From Rhynchobatus australiae (lineage: Eukaryota): a DNA stretch of 64,000 bases. The notes under the pieces are model-generated. The model saw only the letters and a program-made list of their open reading frames with translations. It was not told the origin of the DNA and ran no database searches. The DNA lies in contig JAUZTB010000017.1 in NCBI GenBank assembly GCA_034780895.1, forward strand, positions 29,833,573 to 29,897,572. Direction: 5' to 3'. The number at the start of each line of letters is the position of its first letter. The first letter of the stretch is position 1. This document shows positions 26,522 to 39,699 of this stretch, in pieces. A program made the position numbers and the translations under genes.

Positions 26522-28169
26522 CTGTAATTGAAAAGAGAGAGGCTGTTGGAAGCGCTTGGTATCAAAGAGTTTCCAATACATCACTGAATTATGACAGCCA
26601 TGGAAACTACTGTGGTACTTCTGAAAGGCTACAGAACATTAATGGACACTTCTTTTAAAAAAAAGATTTTAGTGCATACAACTTTGTTGACAACTTCTGA
26701 ACCTCCCAATGACAAATTATTTTATTTCCCTCCAAGAGTTATCCAAGCATGGGTTCAATGATTTTCATTATTCAGAAGGGACTTAACAACTAGCTTTATT
26801 CCAATGCTTCCAAATTTGTAGTAGTTGAGCAGACTTGAAGGAAGGAGTTTGGCAATTCAACATGAATATCCTGCATGATTTAATCCTTCATTTTCATTCG
26901 CTGTATACTTTATTATGCCCAAGTAATATTTGGAAAGGACTAGACCAAAATGAACATTAATTTTAGATGTTGCCACAGAAGTAAGAGAGCATGTTGTCTA
27001 GCCTTAAAATCTTTATACCATGACCTGAGACAGCCCAACTCAACTTTTTCTTTACCTTTCATCAACTATTGTTGCTTATTTTCACATTTAAGATATTTTA
27101 ATTTAATCATTTTCTATCCATAATCAGGTCAGCAGGAAAGGACCATCCACTCTTTCAAATGAATGGGTCCTTATTAGATACAGATGCATTAACAGCAGGA
27201 ATTGACCAGGGAAATGAATATCTTAAGGATTTTAAAAATAATACTGCTCATTATGATGAAATAGAAAACGGCATAAACCAAATAAGTTTATCACCTGGAA
27301 AGATAAATGATAGAATGTTTCAAGAAAATTGCCTGGATAATTGTTATATTTGGATTGTTCCCACTTTACTACAATTTGGCTATCTTATTAACCGGATGTG
27401 GTGGATTTTAGTATCCAGTACTTAAAAGTATCACCCAATCAATTTAACTGAGTGGAAGAACTGGTGGATTTTGAGAAAAGGATGCATTTAGTAGCTTCAT
27501 ACATAAATTGATTCAGTCCACCTTGGATTCATTCCCAATTTGCTTGGCAGAAGACATTTTGCATGAGAAATCTAGTTTTAAAACAAAGGCCATGCATAAT
27601 GAAATATCAACTGGTTTTCATATATATATTGGCCAAACAATTTGCAAACATCTTTCTCTGATCTTATCTAAATTATTACCATGAATAATAATCTATTTTG
27701 GTTTACTTTTCATAACAGATTTCTATCAGGTTCCCACAAAATCAAAATGTTAAATTCTATTCAGAGCGCTATTTTTAAGGCAAGTTTATATAAATACATT
27801 TACAAATAACAATGTATCATCACAGAAACAAATTAAGGATAGGAAGAGGCGATCATCCATCTCTAACTACTGTGAAGACCAAGGAAATTAATAGTTACAG
27901 AAAGGATTTCTGTAACTGTTACAAGATATCTCAATGACAATTTCTTCATTTGTACATATTCATTTCTTTAAGCACTTTTCATGGTCGCAACTCACTGAGT
28001 GACATGCAAATTTACATGGCCTGATCTTGCTAGCCCAGCCCACCCATTCAGAGTTGACATTGGTGGTAGCCCCTACCACCACCCCACACCCCGTTCATAC
28101 TTTGTCTGGAAGTGGAGAGCCAATCCCACTGACACCTCACATCAGGCATTCAGAGATATTTAAAAGCTA

Positions 28170-28550
28170 TTTAGAACCATAGAACACTACAGCACAGAAA
28201 ACAGGCCATTTGGCCCTTCTGGTCTGTGCCAAAACGTTATTCCGCTAGTCCCATTTACCTGCACCCAGTCCATAACCCTCCAGACCTCTCCCATCCATNN
28301 NNNNNNNNNNNNNNNNNNNNNNNNNNNNNNNNNNNNNNNNNNNNNNNNNNNNNNNNNNNNNNNNNNNNNNNNNNNNNNNNNNNNNNNNNNNNNNNNNNAA
28401 ACCTTTCCCCTTTCACCCTAAAGCCATGTCCTCTCATACTTATCTCTCCTAATCTAGGTGGAAAGAGCCTATTCACATTAACTGTCTATACCCCTCATAA
28501 TTTTGTAAACCTCTATCAAATCTCCCCTCATTCTTCTGTGCTCCAAGGAA
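28170..28550 (-). mobile_element. CR1-clade LINE 3' end
   Basis: ORF 28255-28476(-) RLFPPRLGEISMRGHGFRVKGERF; tail tagaaccatagaacactacagcacagaaaacaggcc. Confidence 0.88.
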
Positions 28551-28914
28551 AATTTAAAATATAAAAGCTATATCTCTTTTAAAAAAAATGAAGGTAACAA
28601 AAAACGCATTTATAAATATTAAGCTAAAAGCAAAATATTTAAGAACCAGCCTCTTAATTCTTTGCAATTGCCATTCATATCAATGGTTTCTGGATCAAGC
28701 AGCAAGCAGGATTGAATAGTACCAGAGAATGCCAAGAAATTGGGCTCAGCGGCTGTATTCCCAGACAACCACATTTGTCAGTGCTTATATTGAATCTGGG
28801 ACTGGTTGCTGTTTGAACAGCTAAATGCCAATGGTTCTGTTTGGAACCACCAGCAAAAGCCAGTGAGATCTGGTGTAATAATTAGTACAGACAGCAAGCC
28901 GGAAGCAAAGGAAG

Positions 28915-29210
28915 AAAGGAGTAGCATTTATGCAGTTATCTTGTCACAGTCTTGGATGCCCCAGTCTTTTTACAATTAATAGATTGTTTTTCCAGTGCCA
29001 TCATTGCCTTTATGTAAGCAAATGTGGATTCAATCTATACATAGTAACAATCCACAAAAGCAAATGAACAAATAAATCAGAATTTGGTGATCATGGTTAT
29101 CGGGAGAAACTTTTGGCCAGGAAATCACAACTTTTGAAAGCATGCCACAGGATTCTTAAGCAGGCAAACTGACAGACAACATCTTTGACAATTCAATGCT
29201 CTCTGAATAT
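28915..29210 (-). mobile_element. Degenerate Deu-domain SINE
   Basis: Reverse-complement similarity to 23615-24010 (gcattta..., tccacaaaagcaaatg, tggccagg, tgccacaggatt). Confidence 0.5.
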
Positions 29211-30934
29211 ACTGTTTTAGCCAATACTTAAGTCAGAGATGAAATTTCAATCTACACGAAATCCATTCAAAAGTGCATCTTCTGAAACAATTTAAAATGT
29301 TATCCCATACCTTCCAGCAATTGCAATTCTCCATGCAAATAAAATGCCTAATAATCCAAAGTGGCCTTTCAAAATGAATTAGAAATCTCTATCATTTTTT
29401 TCTTCTAGATTCTTTATCATTGAGATTTTTTTTAAACTTTCAACTTTTATGTGAAAAAGTTGATCTTAGACTAGAAGTAGCTGCCAACAACAAGCACCTA
29501 TGCTTACTGCTGTCCTCTAGTATGGCAAATAAATTGGAAGTATAAATTAAAATAAATTCTTCTAAAATAACCTGATAAAGCAACCAACTTACACCAAGAC
29601 TTACTACTCTGAACATGGCAGAGACAAGTTACAAAATACATTTGGAATGTTTTTTTTTCCCCCAAAAAGGAACAAAGATTTTACTGAACCAACTGGACTT
29701 TGTTTCTAATCAAACAATTATTGTTTATCCAACATACAGTGAAACCACATCTTTACTCAGGTGCAAATACTAGTTTTTCCATATTACGTTAAAACAAGGA
29801 CTGGAACTTGCAGGGACGTGCTGGCAATTCCTTGACAAGCTGGCATTTATACCCATAAATGCCAGGGAAGTTCAGGACCCCCTCACAAATGCAAAACCCC
29901 AAGCTTCCTGTCTGCTCTGCATTGGGGATTTCCTGACAAGAGCTCCAGATCTTGTTTCCTCATGGAGTCACGGCAACATAATATGAACTTATTGCAATAT
30001 CCCAGCAGTCATGCTGGGGAAGCCATCCATTGAACCTGCCTCTATTGAGATCAGTCATGGTATCAGTAAGTCTACTCCATTAAAAAGCTGTGAAGATATG
30101 TTAAATATTAGTAAATCAAACATTTTGTTTTAACTGAGTTTATTTGAACATCTATAATGGGTTGTCCTTTTATAAAATTAAAAGATTCATAATTAGTTTT
30201 TTTTTATGTAATTTTGTTTTGAATGCTTCTGACCATCAGGTGCATTCAAAGTCCTTGACAGCTGCAACAAGGAATGTGGATTTGTTAGGTGTCAGGTGTT
30301 CTTCAGCCAATCCATGGGTGCAGCTTGTCCTGGCCTGCTCACATGACACCATTATATTGTGCTGGGTCATCCATTCCACAAGGACTCAACAGCTAAGATT
30401 GGGATGGCTTCGGAGAGCAGGTCAACATTGGCAGATTCAGAAAAGATCAAATTTGTTCTTATTCCCAGAGGAGCAGCAAACATGGGCGCTTGCTGCTGAC
30501 AGCAACTCCACGTCCAAGATTAATTTCTGAACTGCTGTTTCACAACAAAGCTGCAAATTACTTTTTAATCCCAATGAAAAAGAATCAAGCAGAAAAAGCA
30601 AGGCAAAAGGAGACAGAGGCAAACACAAAGAAAAAATGATTAAAACACCTGCCAATTTAGGACTTGGACTTGCTGTTCAATTAACAACTGTTTATTCACC
30701 TGTTGCTGCTAAGAGAAACATCAATTGTAGTTTTATTTGCTCTTGTATTCTCTCCCTGTAAGAACCAAATGAAAAAACACAATTTGTTATCTCTGGGGAG
30801 GTCTCATATGACCTTCTCTTTTCCCCTTGCCATCCTACCACGCAGCACATTGACACTAGTTTTGTCAACCCCAAACTGCATTGATTTAAACCATTAACTC
30901 AGCCAATTTCTGGGAATTTTAAACCCCAAAAATT

Positions 30935-31145
30935 CCAGGCAACAATCTGCTGGAGGAACTCAGCAGGTCAAGCAGCATCTGTGAGGGTAAAGGAACTGTT
31001 GATATTTTGGGTCAAAAATCTCCATCAGGACCCGAAGCATTGACAATCCTTCCCGTCACCCCACAGATGCTGCGTGATCCGTTGAGTTCCTCCAGCAGAT
31101 TGTTTGTTGCACAGATACCAGCATCTGCAGTCTCTTGCGTCCTGC
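30935..31145. mobile_element. Inverted pair of Penelope-type terminal repeats
   Basis: 43-nt arms 30941-30983 and 31062-31104 are reverse-complementary with 4 mismatches; decayed hammerhead core on the minus strand at 30995-31031. Confidence 0.85.
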
Positions 31146-34100
31146 TAGATTTGCTCCCAAGACAGAGATAAGTAAGATTCCTTCTTCGTGGATAATTATT
31201 ACAGTGCCCCAAAAGCTCAGCAATCTCCCATCCTGCAGAGTCTAGTCCCAAACCATGTGCTCCCAAGTTCCAAGATGTCCACCCTGGTGTTACCAAACCC
31301 TGATTTTTAATGGTGCTGTGTTCGCAAACATCATTTGACACCAACTCAGTATTCCTCCATTATTTCTAAGCAACAGCCACTTCCACCTTCTGTAGAACAT
31401 TAGGATACTTAAAAAGTTCTGCCAAACAGCAGAAACCCTCTGCTTCCCACTAACCCCAAAAAGTCCACCCCACCTTCTAAGTAGTAACAATTCCTTAAAT
31501 GTTCCTATGTCCAACATGAACTCTATCTCAAAGGTAACAAAGCATGACACATGTCAATCATGCAACTGATTTAATGCACCAGCCCCTGATAAAACATTAC
31601 ATAATACTGTACTCTTATTGTTATAAAACAGTGCAACTTCCAGTTCACTCTGAACAATGCTAGGAGAAATTCTGACTATTAAACACTACAGCCTGTGTAG
31701 TAACTGTTCTTTGTTATACTTCTGGCCAAATTTATTCCAGTTGATTGGCTGAAAATCAAATTTGCAGTCATTCAGAAATATCCTAATCAAGTGAATAGCA
31801 CAATTAACCTTAACATTTGTTGAAGGTATTGTTGTTCATTGGTCCTTCCATATCAATCTGACTGCAGGCTAAAACCTTAGATAAATGTGTATTTCACGGT
31901 ACAAATATTCATGAATTTGGAACAGCCTACCTTAATTAAGGCTTTTGAGCTTGTGCTAAAATTGTTCCTGTGTTCCTGAATTTGTTCATACAATTTCACA
32001 GAGTTATTATGTTACCAGCTGTTGGGACATAACCTGGTCTGAGCATTTGCACATTGCTCATATGTGCACATTGTCCCTATTATTTGCAAGTAGAAGGTTC
32101 TTTTACTTCATGTAACAATTCTTGTACTCTTTATATAACAAGTTAACTGTTATTTGTTCCAATGAAGAGACTTAGATGAGAGTGCATCTTCTCTTTACAC
32201 AGAGATTTCATAGTTGTTTGAATAAAAGATAGAGGTAAAGGAACATGTAACGATATATGGACATATGGGATAATGGCTTCTGCCCACGTGGGAAACAAAC
32301 AAGGATGAATCTCAACATTGCAATGTTTGCATAATTGGACGCAATAGTAAACATTAATTTTGGGGTTGTTATCTCATGTTTCTCCTCCAAGGTAAAAATT
32401 AGAAAGATATAAATAAGTTAGCCTGGCACACCGCTCACATTCTTGCCTGTGAGTCACATCTGCTGTGCGTTCAGGGCCCACACACAAGGTCATGAGCATG
32501 CATTCCAGACTGAAAGGCCTTGTGACATTTTGAATGAGAAGATAAAATTGTAGAATCGGAATGATACATCACAGATGGAGACCCTTAGCTATTCTATCTT
32601 TGCCAATCATTTAAGAGAAAGTGGAAGGCTTCCTTACTCTTGAAGCCAGCATGGACTCAGAAGACCAAACAGTTACCGGTGCTTTCCCACTTCCAACATT
32701 GGTGCTTTGCTATTGAAACCCCTCTCCTTCCTGTTTGATAAAACCCTCAAGAACATTTGAAAATTGAATGTACATGTAAAAATAAGTTAATGTAAAACTA
32801 GTTCATCTGGGGATTTTTATCCAAAAGTGAAAGAATAGAACTTTAATCAAGGACAATGAACTCAGGAGGTGAATACAGGGAAGGTTTTTTTTATATTAGC
32901 AATTCTGACATTCATAGAGTCTTACTGCCCCATTCACAACAGATGCAAAAATTGGTGAAAGTAGCTTGCTGACTCAAATAAAAATTACGATTTTCTTAAA
33001 ATACAACATGAACTTTTTAGTCTGGTAACTTTTAAATGCTGTATATTGCATTTTTAAAGTTCTCCAATTTGTTACTAAAGCAGTTGTGCGCTTTTTTTTG
33101 CCAAACTGCAGAAACACTGACAAAGTGGGGTTCTTAATAGGGATCCCAGGAAATGATTATTACATTTTCCTGAACCAAAGGTCATTTAATGCATTAACTC
33201 AAAATGTGATCCTGTGTATTTACAAAGTTGAGCCTCCAGACTGACTTCCCACTGCTGACAGATCTTAGGAATCTTTCAGCAGTCAAGCCACATATTGTAC
33301 TCCCTGCCAAATCCTAAATCCTCTGTGTAGTGTTGCAACTTGAAACTATTCCTTCTTTGCCACTATAAAGGGAGAAAGTAAACTACAACTTCACTGTCCT
33401 AACTGTCAGGACTACTTCTTACGCTTCCAAAGTTTAGTGCTTCACCATGACAATTGTCCTCAGCTTCCACTATGCAAAAGACAAACACAGAATCCAATTC
33501 TCTTTTGCATAGCTCTGTTTAGCAACAGTATATCCAGCTTCGTGTATTTTATGCAAAATGTATTCCTGGCTTTAACAAAAATGTTAAATGGCCAACCTGA
33601 TTTGGACAGCACCGCAGAACATGATATACAAAACACAGGTAAAAATTCCCCAGAATACCATTTATGCATTTGCATTACTAATTCAAAACCCGATAAAGAA
33701 TTGTTATTTGCACTTCATATCTGTATCAACCATAAGAATCACCATGAAATGAGACATAACTACACCTATCCCTTTCCATTTTTTTTGAAAGTCACAAAAA
33801 TTTTCACACACAAAACAGGAAAAATTACAAATGAATGTGATTGTGGCTTAAAATGGCATGGAGAAAGCAAACAAACTCTAGTGCTAGGCCTGAGGATTTA
33901 AGGGACCAGCAATGACTAAACAGGGAGAAAACAGAATATGAGTAAATTAACAGGGTTTGTTCTTGCTCTTATTTATGCTTCTGTGTTCAGTGAAAACTTG
34001 GCTCATATATCTGTCCCAAAGACAAGATGCAAAAACCATGCATTTTACAAAAAATGTTCCTGATCTGGAGCCCACGGATTGATTGCCCTCAGTAGTTTAA

Positions 34101-37100
34101 GGAACTGCAAATTACCTTGATTTGTGGATTTAGTAAAAGGTCATTCTGGCATCAAACATCCCAAATATTCTCTCATCTATTCTCAGGCACCACCACAAAC
34201 GATTCATTAACTACTACGCACAAATGATTTCCCCATGACACTAGTCACATCCTCGATAAGTAGAGGGAGAGAACATGGGAAGGACGATGGAAAATAGATT
34301 AATATTTTAACATGCGACTTACTGCAAGAATTGCACTAGGATCACATTCATTCAGAACCAGAAATCTGGAACATATGCTAAAAGATAAAATTACGTGTTC
34401 AGAATTATTTGGTTTTGTTTTAAAAATGCACATGCATGAGGATATTTATATTTGTCCAACTTAAACCAACCTGAATACATTGCTAATGATGGTGATTCCT
34501 GTTTCAACAAACAAATAATGCACATTAGAGTTTCTTGCGAGACCAATCACATTATGAGAATTTTATACCGAGACCATTAAAAGGGCAAACAATGTGGGCT
34601 TAGAGTTTAGTTGATAACCCACGTCCATAATATTATACAATTTTATTCCACCCCCCCCCCCAAAGATATCTACAAATAACACTTGTTGGTGCTTAAAAGG
34701 TCTGTTTAAGAATGATCAAATTCAGATATTTATTCAGAACCTCTCTCCAAGTCAGAATACCTACTATTCTCTCTACATAACATATTACAAATGAGGACTT
34801 TCTTCCCCACNNNNNNNNNNNNNNNNNNNNNNNNNNNNNNNNNNNNNNNNNNNNNNNNNNNNNNNNNNNNNNNNNNNNNNNNNNNNNNNNNNNNNNNNNN
34901 NNNNNNNNNNNNNNNNNNNNNNNNNNNNNNNNNNNNNNNNNNNNNNNNNNNNNNNNNNNNNNNNNNNNNNNNNNNNNNNNNNNNNNNNNNNNNNNNNNNN
35001 NNNNNNNNNNNNNNNNNNNNNNNNNNNNNNNNNNNNNNNNNNNNNNNNNNNNNNNNNNNNNNNNNNNNNNNNNNNNNNNNNNNNNNNNNNNNNNNNNNNN
35101 NNNNNNNNNNNNNNNNNNNNNNNNNNNNNNNNNNNNNNNNNNNNNNNNNNNNNNNNNNNNNNNNNNNNNNNNNNNNNNNNNNNNNNNNNNNNNNNNNNNN
35201 NNNNNNNNNNNNNNNNNNNNNNNNNNNNNNNNNNNNNNNNNNNNNNNNNNNNNNNNNNNNNNNNNNNNNNNNNNNNNNNNNNNNNNNNNNNNNNNNNNNN
35301 NNNNNNNNNNNNNNNNNNNNNNNNNNNNNNNNNNNNNNNNNNNNNNNNNNNNNNNNNNNNNNNNNNNNNNNNNNNNNNNNNNNNNNNNNNNNNNNNNGCC
35401 AAAATTACTTGAATCAGAATCTTCTTGTAAGATACGAACAGTGATTTCATCCCATTCTATATACTGTCAATGGAACAAACTGTAAAATGTTTATCAAATT
35501 GTTTACAAGCATTCTTTTAAAAAAATGTTTGGTAATACACTGGCCTAAATCACTTGCACCATATGAAGAATGGACGAACGTACAGTCAAGAGGAGCATTC
35601 AAAAGAAGAATACAAAGTAGGAGGGCATGTGCATGACTGGAAGAGAGAGAATGAGCAAATAGCAATAACTGCAAAATTTGCATGCATATGCCCATGGGTG
35701 CTACAGCTGCAGATTTGTGTCCTATTTGACATGCAACGCACATGTAAATGTTTCTAGCATAAATCATGCCATCTGCCATTTTGGGAAGCATAGGTCTGTG
35801 CAAGCAGCTCTGGCCTGCTGGAAACATGCAGCGTAGAGAAATTGTAACAGCAATCAGCAGGTAACAATAACATACAGCCCGCAACGACAAAATGGGCCTC
35901 AACAATGTAACTAACACCACATGCAGTACACCTGCCTAAGATCAAGCTTTCAGCAGAAAGGATTCTACTTGTGCTGTTTTACAGGGATCACATCAGTTGT
36001 TGCTGCCGTTGATTTTTTAAAAGAGTTTTCAATTAGTTCTTGGTGCTTCTAAATTTCTGTTCAAATTGCAGGTAGTGCACAAAGAGCTCAGTGTGTGTGC
36101 TGAACTCTGATTTCAAGGCTTCTGTAATACCACGTTGCTCTTGGACTCCTGTGCTTTAATGACCATTCTTTGCAGAGCGCAATGCAACACAGAGAATACG
36201 GAAGTAGGTGAGGATTGTGAAACCTTCTGGGAGGAGGGAGAGAAGGATCCTAAGAGTAGAGAATAACCACCAAGTCTACCTCAGCAAAGAAAAAAGCATT
36301 AAATACCAGAGATTCAGCAAGGAGAATAATAATGTACGGCCCAACTAGAACTAAAACTGCACTGACGTGAACATTGCTTTACCAGTGACAACCAAGATCA
36401 TATTGACCATGAACTTCTACATATCCAGCTCCTTCCAAACTGGAGTTGGAGATATCTGTAACATTGTGGTTTTCTGTACACTTTTGCTTCAGGAAGGTCT
36501 CATATCCTCTCTGAATCAAGATAGTTGAGTGCACCTTATTCTTCCTTGCAAAAGACTAGTGGGCAAAGGCGAGCAGACATTGTGGACTTCCTGATACAAC
36601 ATGCTGTCACTGACTGAAAGCTGATCGCTTTGTGGATGCTGTATCTCAACTCAAAGAGATGCACAGCATTCAGTTTATCCCCCAAAATGTCCTGTTAGTA
36701 TATGACCATGCCCACCAAAAGATGCTAGTCAATGGCCAGTATCCAGTCAGCAGTCAAAATCCTTTCATTTTCAGGCAATCCACCATGTCAATGATATCTG
36801 AATCTCTGTGGCTAACCAATGAGTGGCTTCTGGGAAACAAGGGCTTTTGCTTGACCCAACTCCGATGCGCACATATGGGAGAGTATATGGATGATACACA
36901 GGAGGACATTTAGTATAAATTGGGATCAAGATCAGCACAACATTGTGGGCCGAATGGCTTGTCTGGTACTGTCCTATGTTCTATGAAAGACATGCTGCTA
37001 CACACACACAATGTCCTTCAAAACCAAAGATTCACTCCCTGGATTGCCCAGTAGCCCTATAGAACTAACCACTAGTTTACGATATGGTGCAGAGCCTCAC

Positions 37101-38039
37101 CATCATGAGAGCACAGCCTCAATCATGAACTAAACAAAGAGGAGATAGAGGAAAAAGCAAACAGCCCTTTAATTTGACTGTACCAACAAGGAACATTAAC
37201 CCAATTTCCCATGTTTGTTTCTTCCTGTTGCTAACCATCACAGTGTCATATTGTCCAGAATTCAAAAAATATAATCCAACAAAATTAAACACCTTAAACC
37301 AAAACAACTTTGTCCATTAAGGTTGGTGAAACACCAGGACAGCTTCAACCAATCAGCCTTATGTATACTCGAAGCTTATATTCTCTGTACCTTTTCTTTA
37401 CCTAGTGCTCCTACCCCAATAACTGCAGCACAGCTAGCAGAAGGATGGTGATGCAGTGGAGACTGCAGATGGATCTGTCAGATGACTGACAGCCATTGGC
37501 CCAGTAAGACTCAGCCTCATGGGGTGCCTTCTTGATGTGAATAGTAGAAGCTGGGTTGGCTGCTTACCTGCAAACAGCAATAGAATTGATGCTGGAATGA
37601 CAAATGCTGATTACTTTTAATCTCTTGCGAGGAAGGCAAATGCTGTCAACCCGAGGGAGAAGAGCCAGTTTGTGCTGTGGCCCAGAGCCATTGTCACTGC
37701 CTGGGTAACATCTCAGCAATCCTAGTAATTGGATGTAACACAGGTTGTAGGACTACAAGGCCACGTTAGACCCTCAAAACCCCTTTGGATATTGTCTGAA
37801 TTTTCACTGCAGCCGATGCATTGTGTGACTGTGGCTGATCATGCATTGTTTTATGGCCGTCTCCACGAGTATGCTTGTAAAATTATTCACTGCACCCATT
37901 CTGAAAAAGTGAGGTCTAAGCTCCCTGCAAAGCCCCATGNNNNNNNNNNNNNNNNNNNNNNNNNNNNNNNNNNNNNNNNNNNNNNNNNNNNNNNNNNNNN
38001 NNNNNNNNNNNNNNNNNNNNNNNNNNNNNNNNNNNNNNN

Positions 38040-38470
38040 CCCGTTATAATGGACTTAAGCATTCTCCCTGCCACTGTTGTTAGGTTAACCCGTCTGTAGT
38101 TCCCTCTCTCCAGTTTCCAGGAACTGTTTCCTAATCTGTGGAATTTTGGAAGATGACGGCAGTTCATCCATTGTTTCTATAGATGCCTCGTTAGTACTTT
38201 GGGATGCAGGTTATCACACTCTGGGGATTTATTGTTTTTCAGTGTCATTAATTTCTCCAGAGCTTTTTTCACCAATACTAATTTTGTTTAATTCTTCCTA
38301 ATCATTAGGATCTTGGTTCCCTAGTGCTTCTGGCAAGGTATTTGTGTCCTCTTCCATGTATACACAACCAAGTTATTTGTTTTACTGCTCTGGCAATTCT
38401 TTGCTCCTCATTATGAAATGTTTCTATTTCTCTCTCATAAAGGCCCTACATTGGTGTTCATCAGTCTTTT
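38040..38470 (-). mobile_element. CR1 ORF2 internal fragment
   Basis: Minus translation GNYRRVNLTTVAGRMLKSII resembles CR1 GNYRPVSLTSVVGK.LESII; upstream KSPE-like (KSPG.D) motif. Confidence 0.75.
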
Positions 38471-39699
38471 TCTGCAGATTGTCCCTTTGGAATCTTCACG
38501 GGAGTCCTTTGTTGCAGAACTCATCTGTGACCTCACTCTTCTATGCTACATTTCTTTCTCTCTGCCCAGACTGCAGGCCATTTGTGCCATGCCGAATGTT
38601 GAGCGAAATTTTCTGAGCTGCTGGTCGAGAGGCCAGATCAACTGGTGGTGTTTCTGCACCTTCATTCTCTTCTTGCAGCTGCATCACCACACACCAGCTT
38701 TTTACCTGGCTATGTAAATAGACAAAGAGGCAAGATTATGGTGAGGGGATGTGCATGTTTACATCATGTGCAGCTGGTAAGTAAGAGATTGTGGGATAAG
38801 TGGGATGTAGCATGAGATGGCGGAGAGGTTTCAATTGCTTTACTGTCTGTGGCCTTCGTCACAACCATTCTAATTTTGGACCGTTATATCTCCTTGAGGT
38901 GACTTAGCTACATCTGATGCTAGCTGATTGGCTATTCATGCCAGTGATAATGCACCACTTTGTTCTGCAAAAGGGGGAAGTATGTTGGTGAACATTGCTT
39001 AATGTACTTGGGTACGTGGCAATCATTGTTGAGTAACTACGAGTGTGCACCACCTGGGAAAGTGGGTGTGAGGTTTGCAGCTGTACTAGTTGTTGAGGGT
39101 GTGGTACACTACATGAACATTAGGTATGAAATGTTATTCATACAGATTGTTGGTATATAAATGATTTAGGTGTGGTCCATGGAACACTGCAAAGCTGTAC
39201 AATGGTAGGATATCACATTCACAGATGAACTAATGTGTAAGAAGTCATTGAAGTTGTTATGGTACTACATTCAGGTTCTCAGTGCTTGGCTCCAGGGAAT
39301 TTCATTCTCAGCTATGTCCTCCCATTGCCTTTGCAGTTCTGTGCTAGGAGGACCTCCCATGGATTGATCATTTCACTTGTCTTTTCTCTCTCCTCCACCA
39401 AAGCCACCCTTAAAAAGTGTGAATCCCACTTCTTCATTTGCATTATGTCCATTTGACAAAGTTGTATTTGCCTATACAACTTTCAAAGGGTCTTAAAGGA
39501 TGCAATGCATCTGTCCTAATGGAGATCCAGACTAGATTAGGTTTGTGCAGGCTACTTTCAATTTGTGGTACCCATTCACAAATTGTGCTCTCTGCTAGGC
39601 CATTAATTAACTAAAGAGCATGATCAATATTGACCCAATACTTTGATCACATCAATCAGCAGAGAGCATAAAGTTCGCATGCTACTTGCAATTAGTGCT

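Noticed and set aside
31311-31385. Partial resemblance to the 3' half of the CPEB3 HDV-like ribozyme on the minus strand (TGT-CAAA tgatg TTTG-CGAA-CACAGCAC)
   Set aside because: A P4-like hairpin and CGAA are present, but no P3/L3/P1 pairing or properly spaced P2 partner could be built upstream.
34785-35450. ORFs of about 220 aa and other X-containing ORFs
   Set aside because: They only span N gaps.
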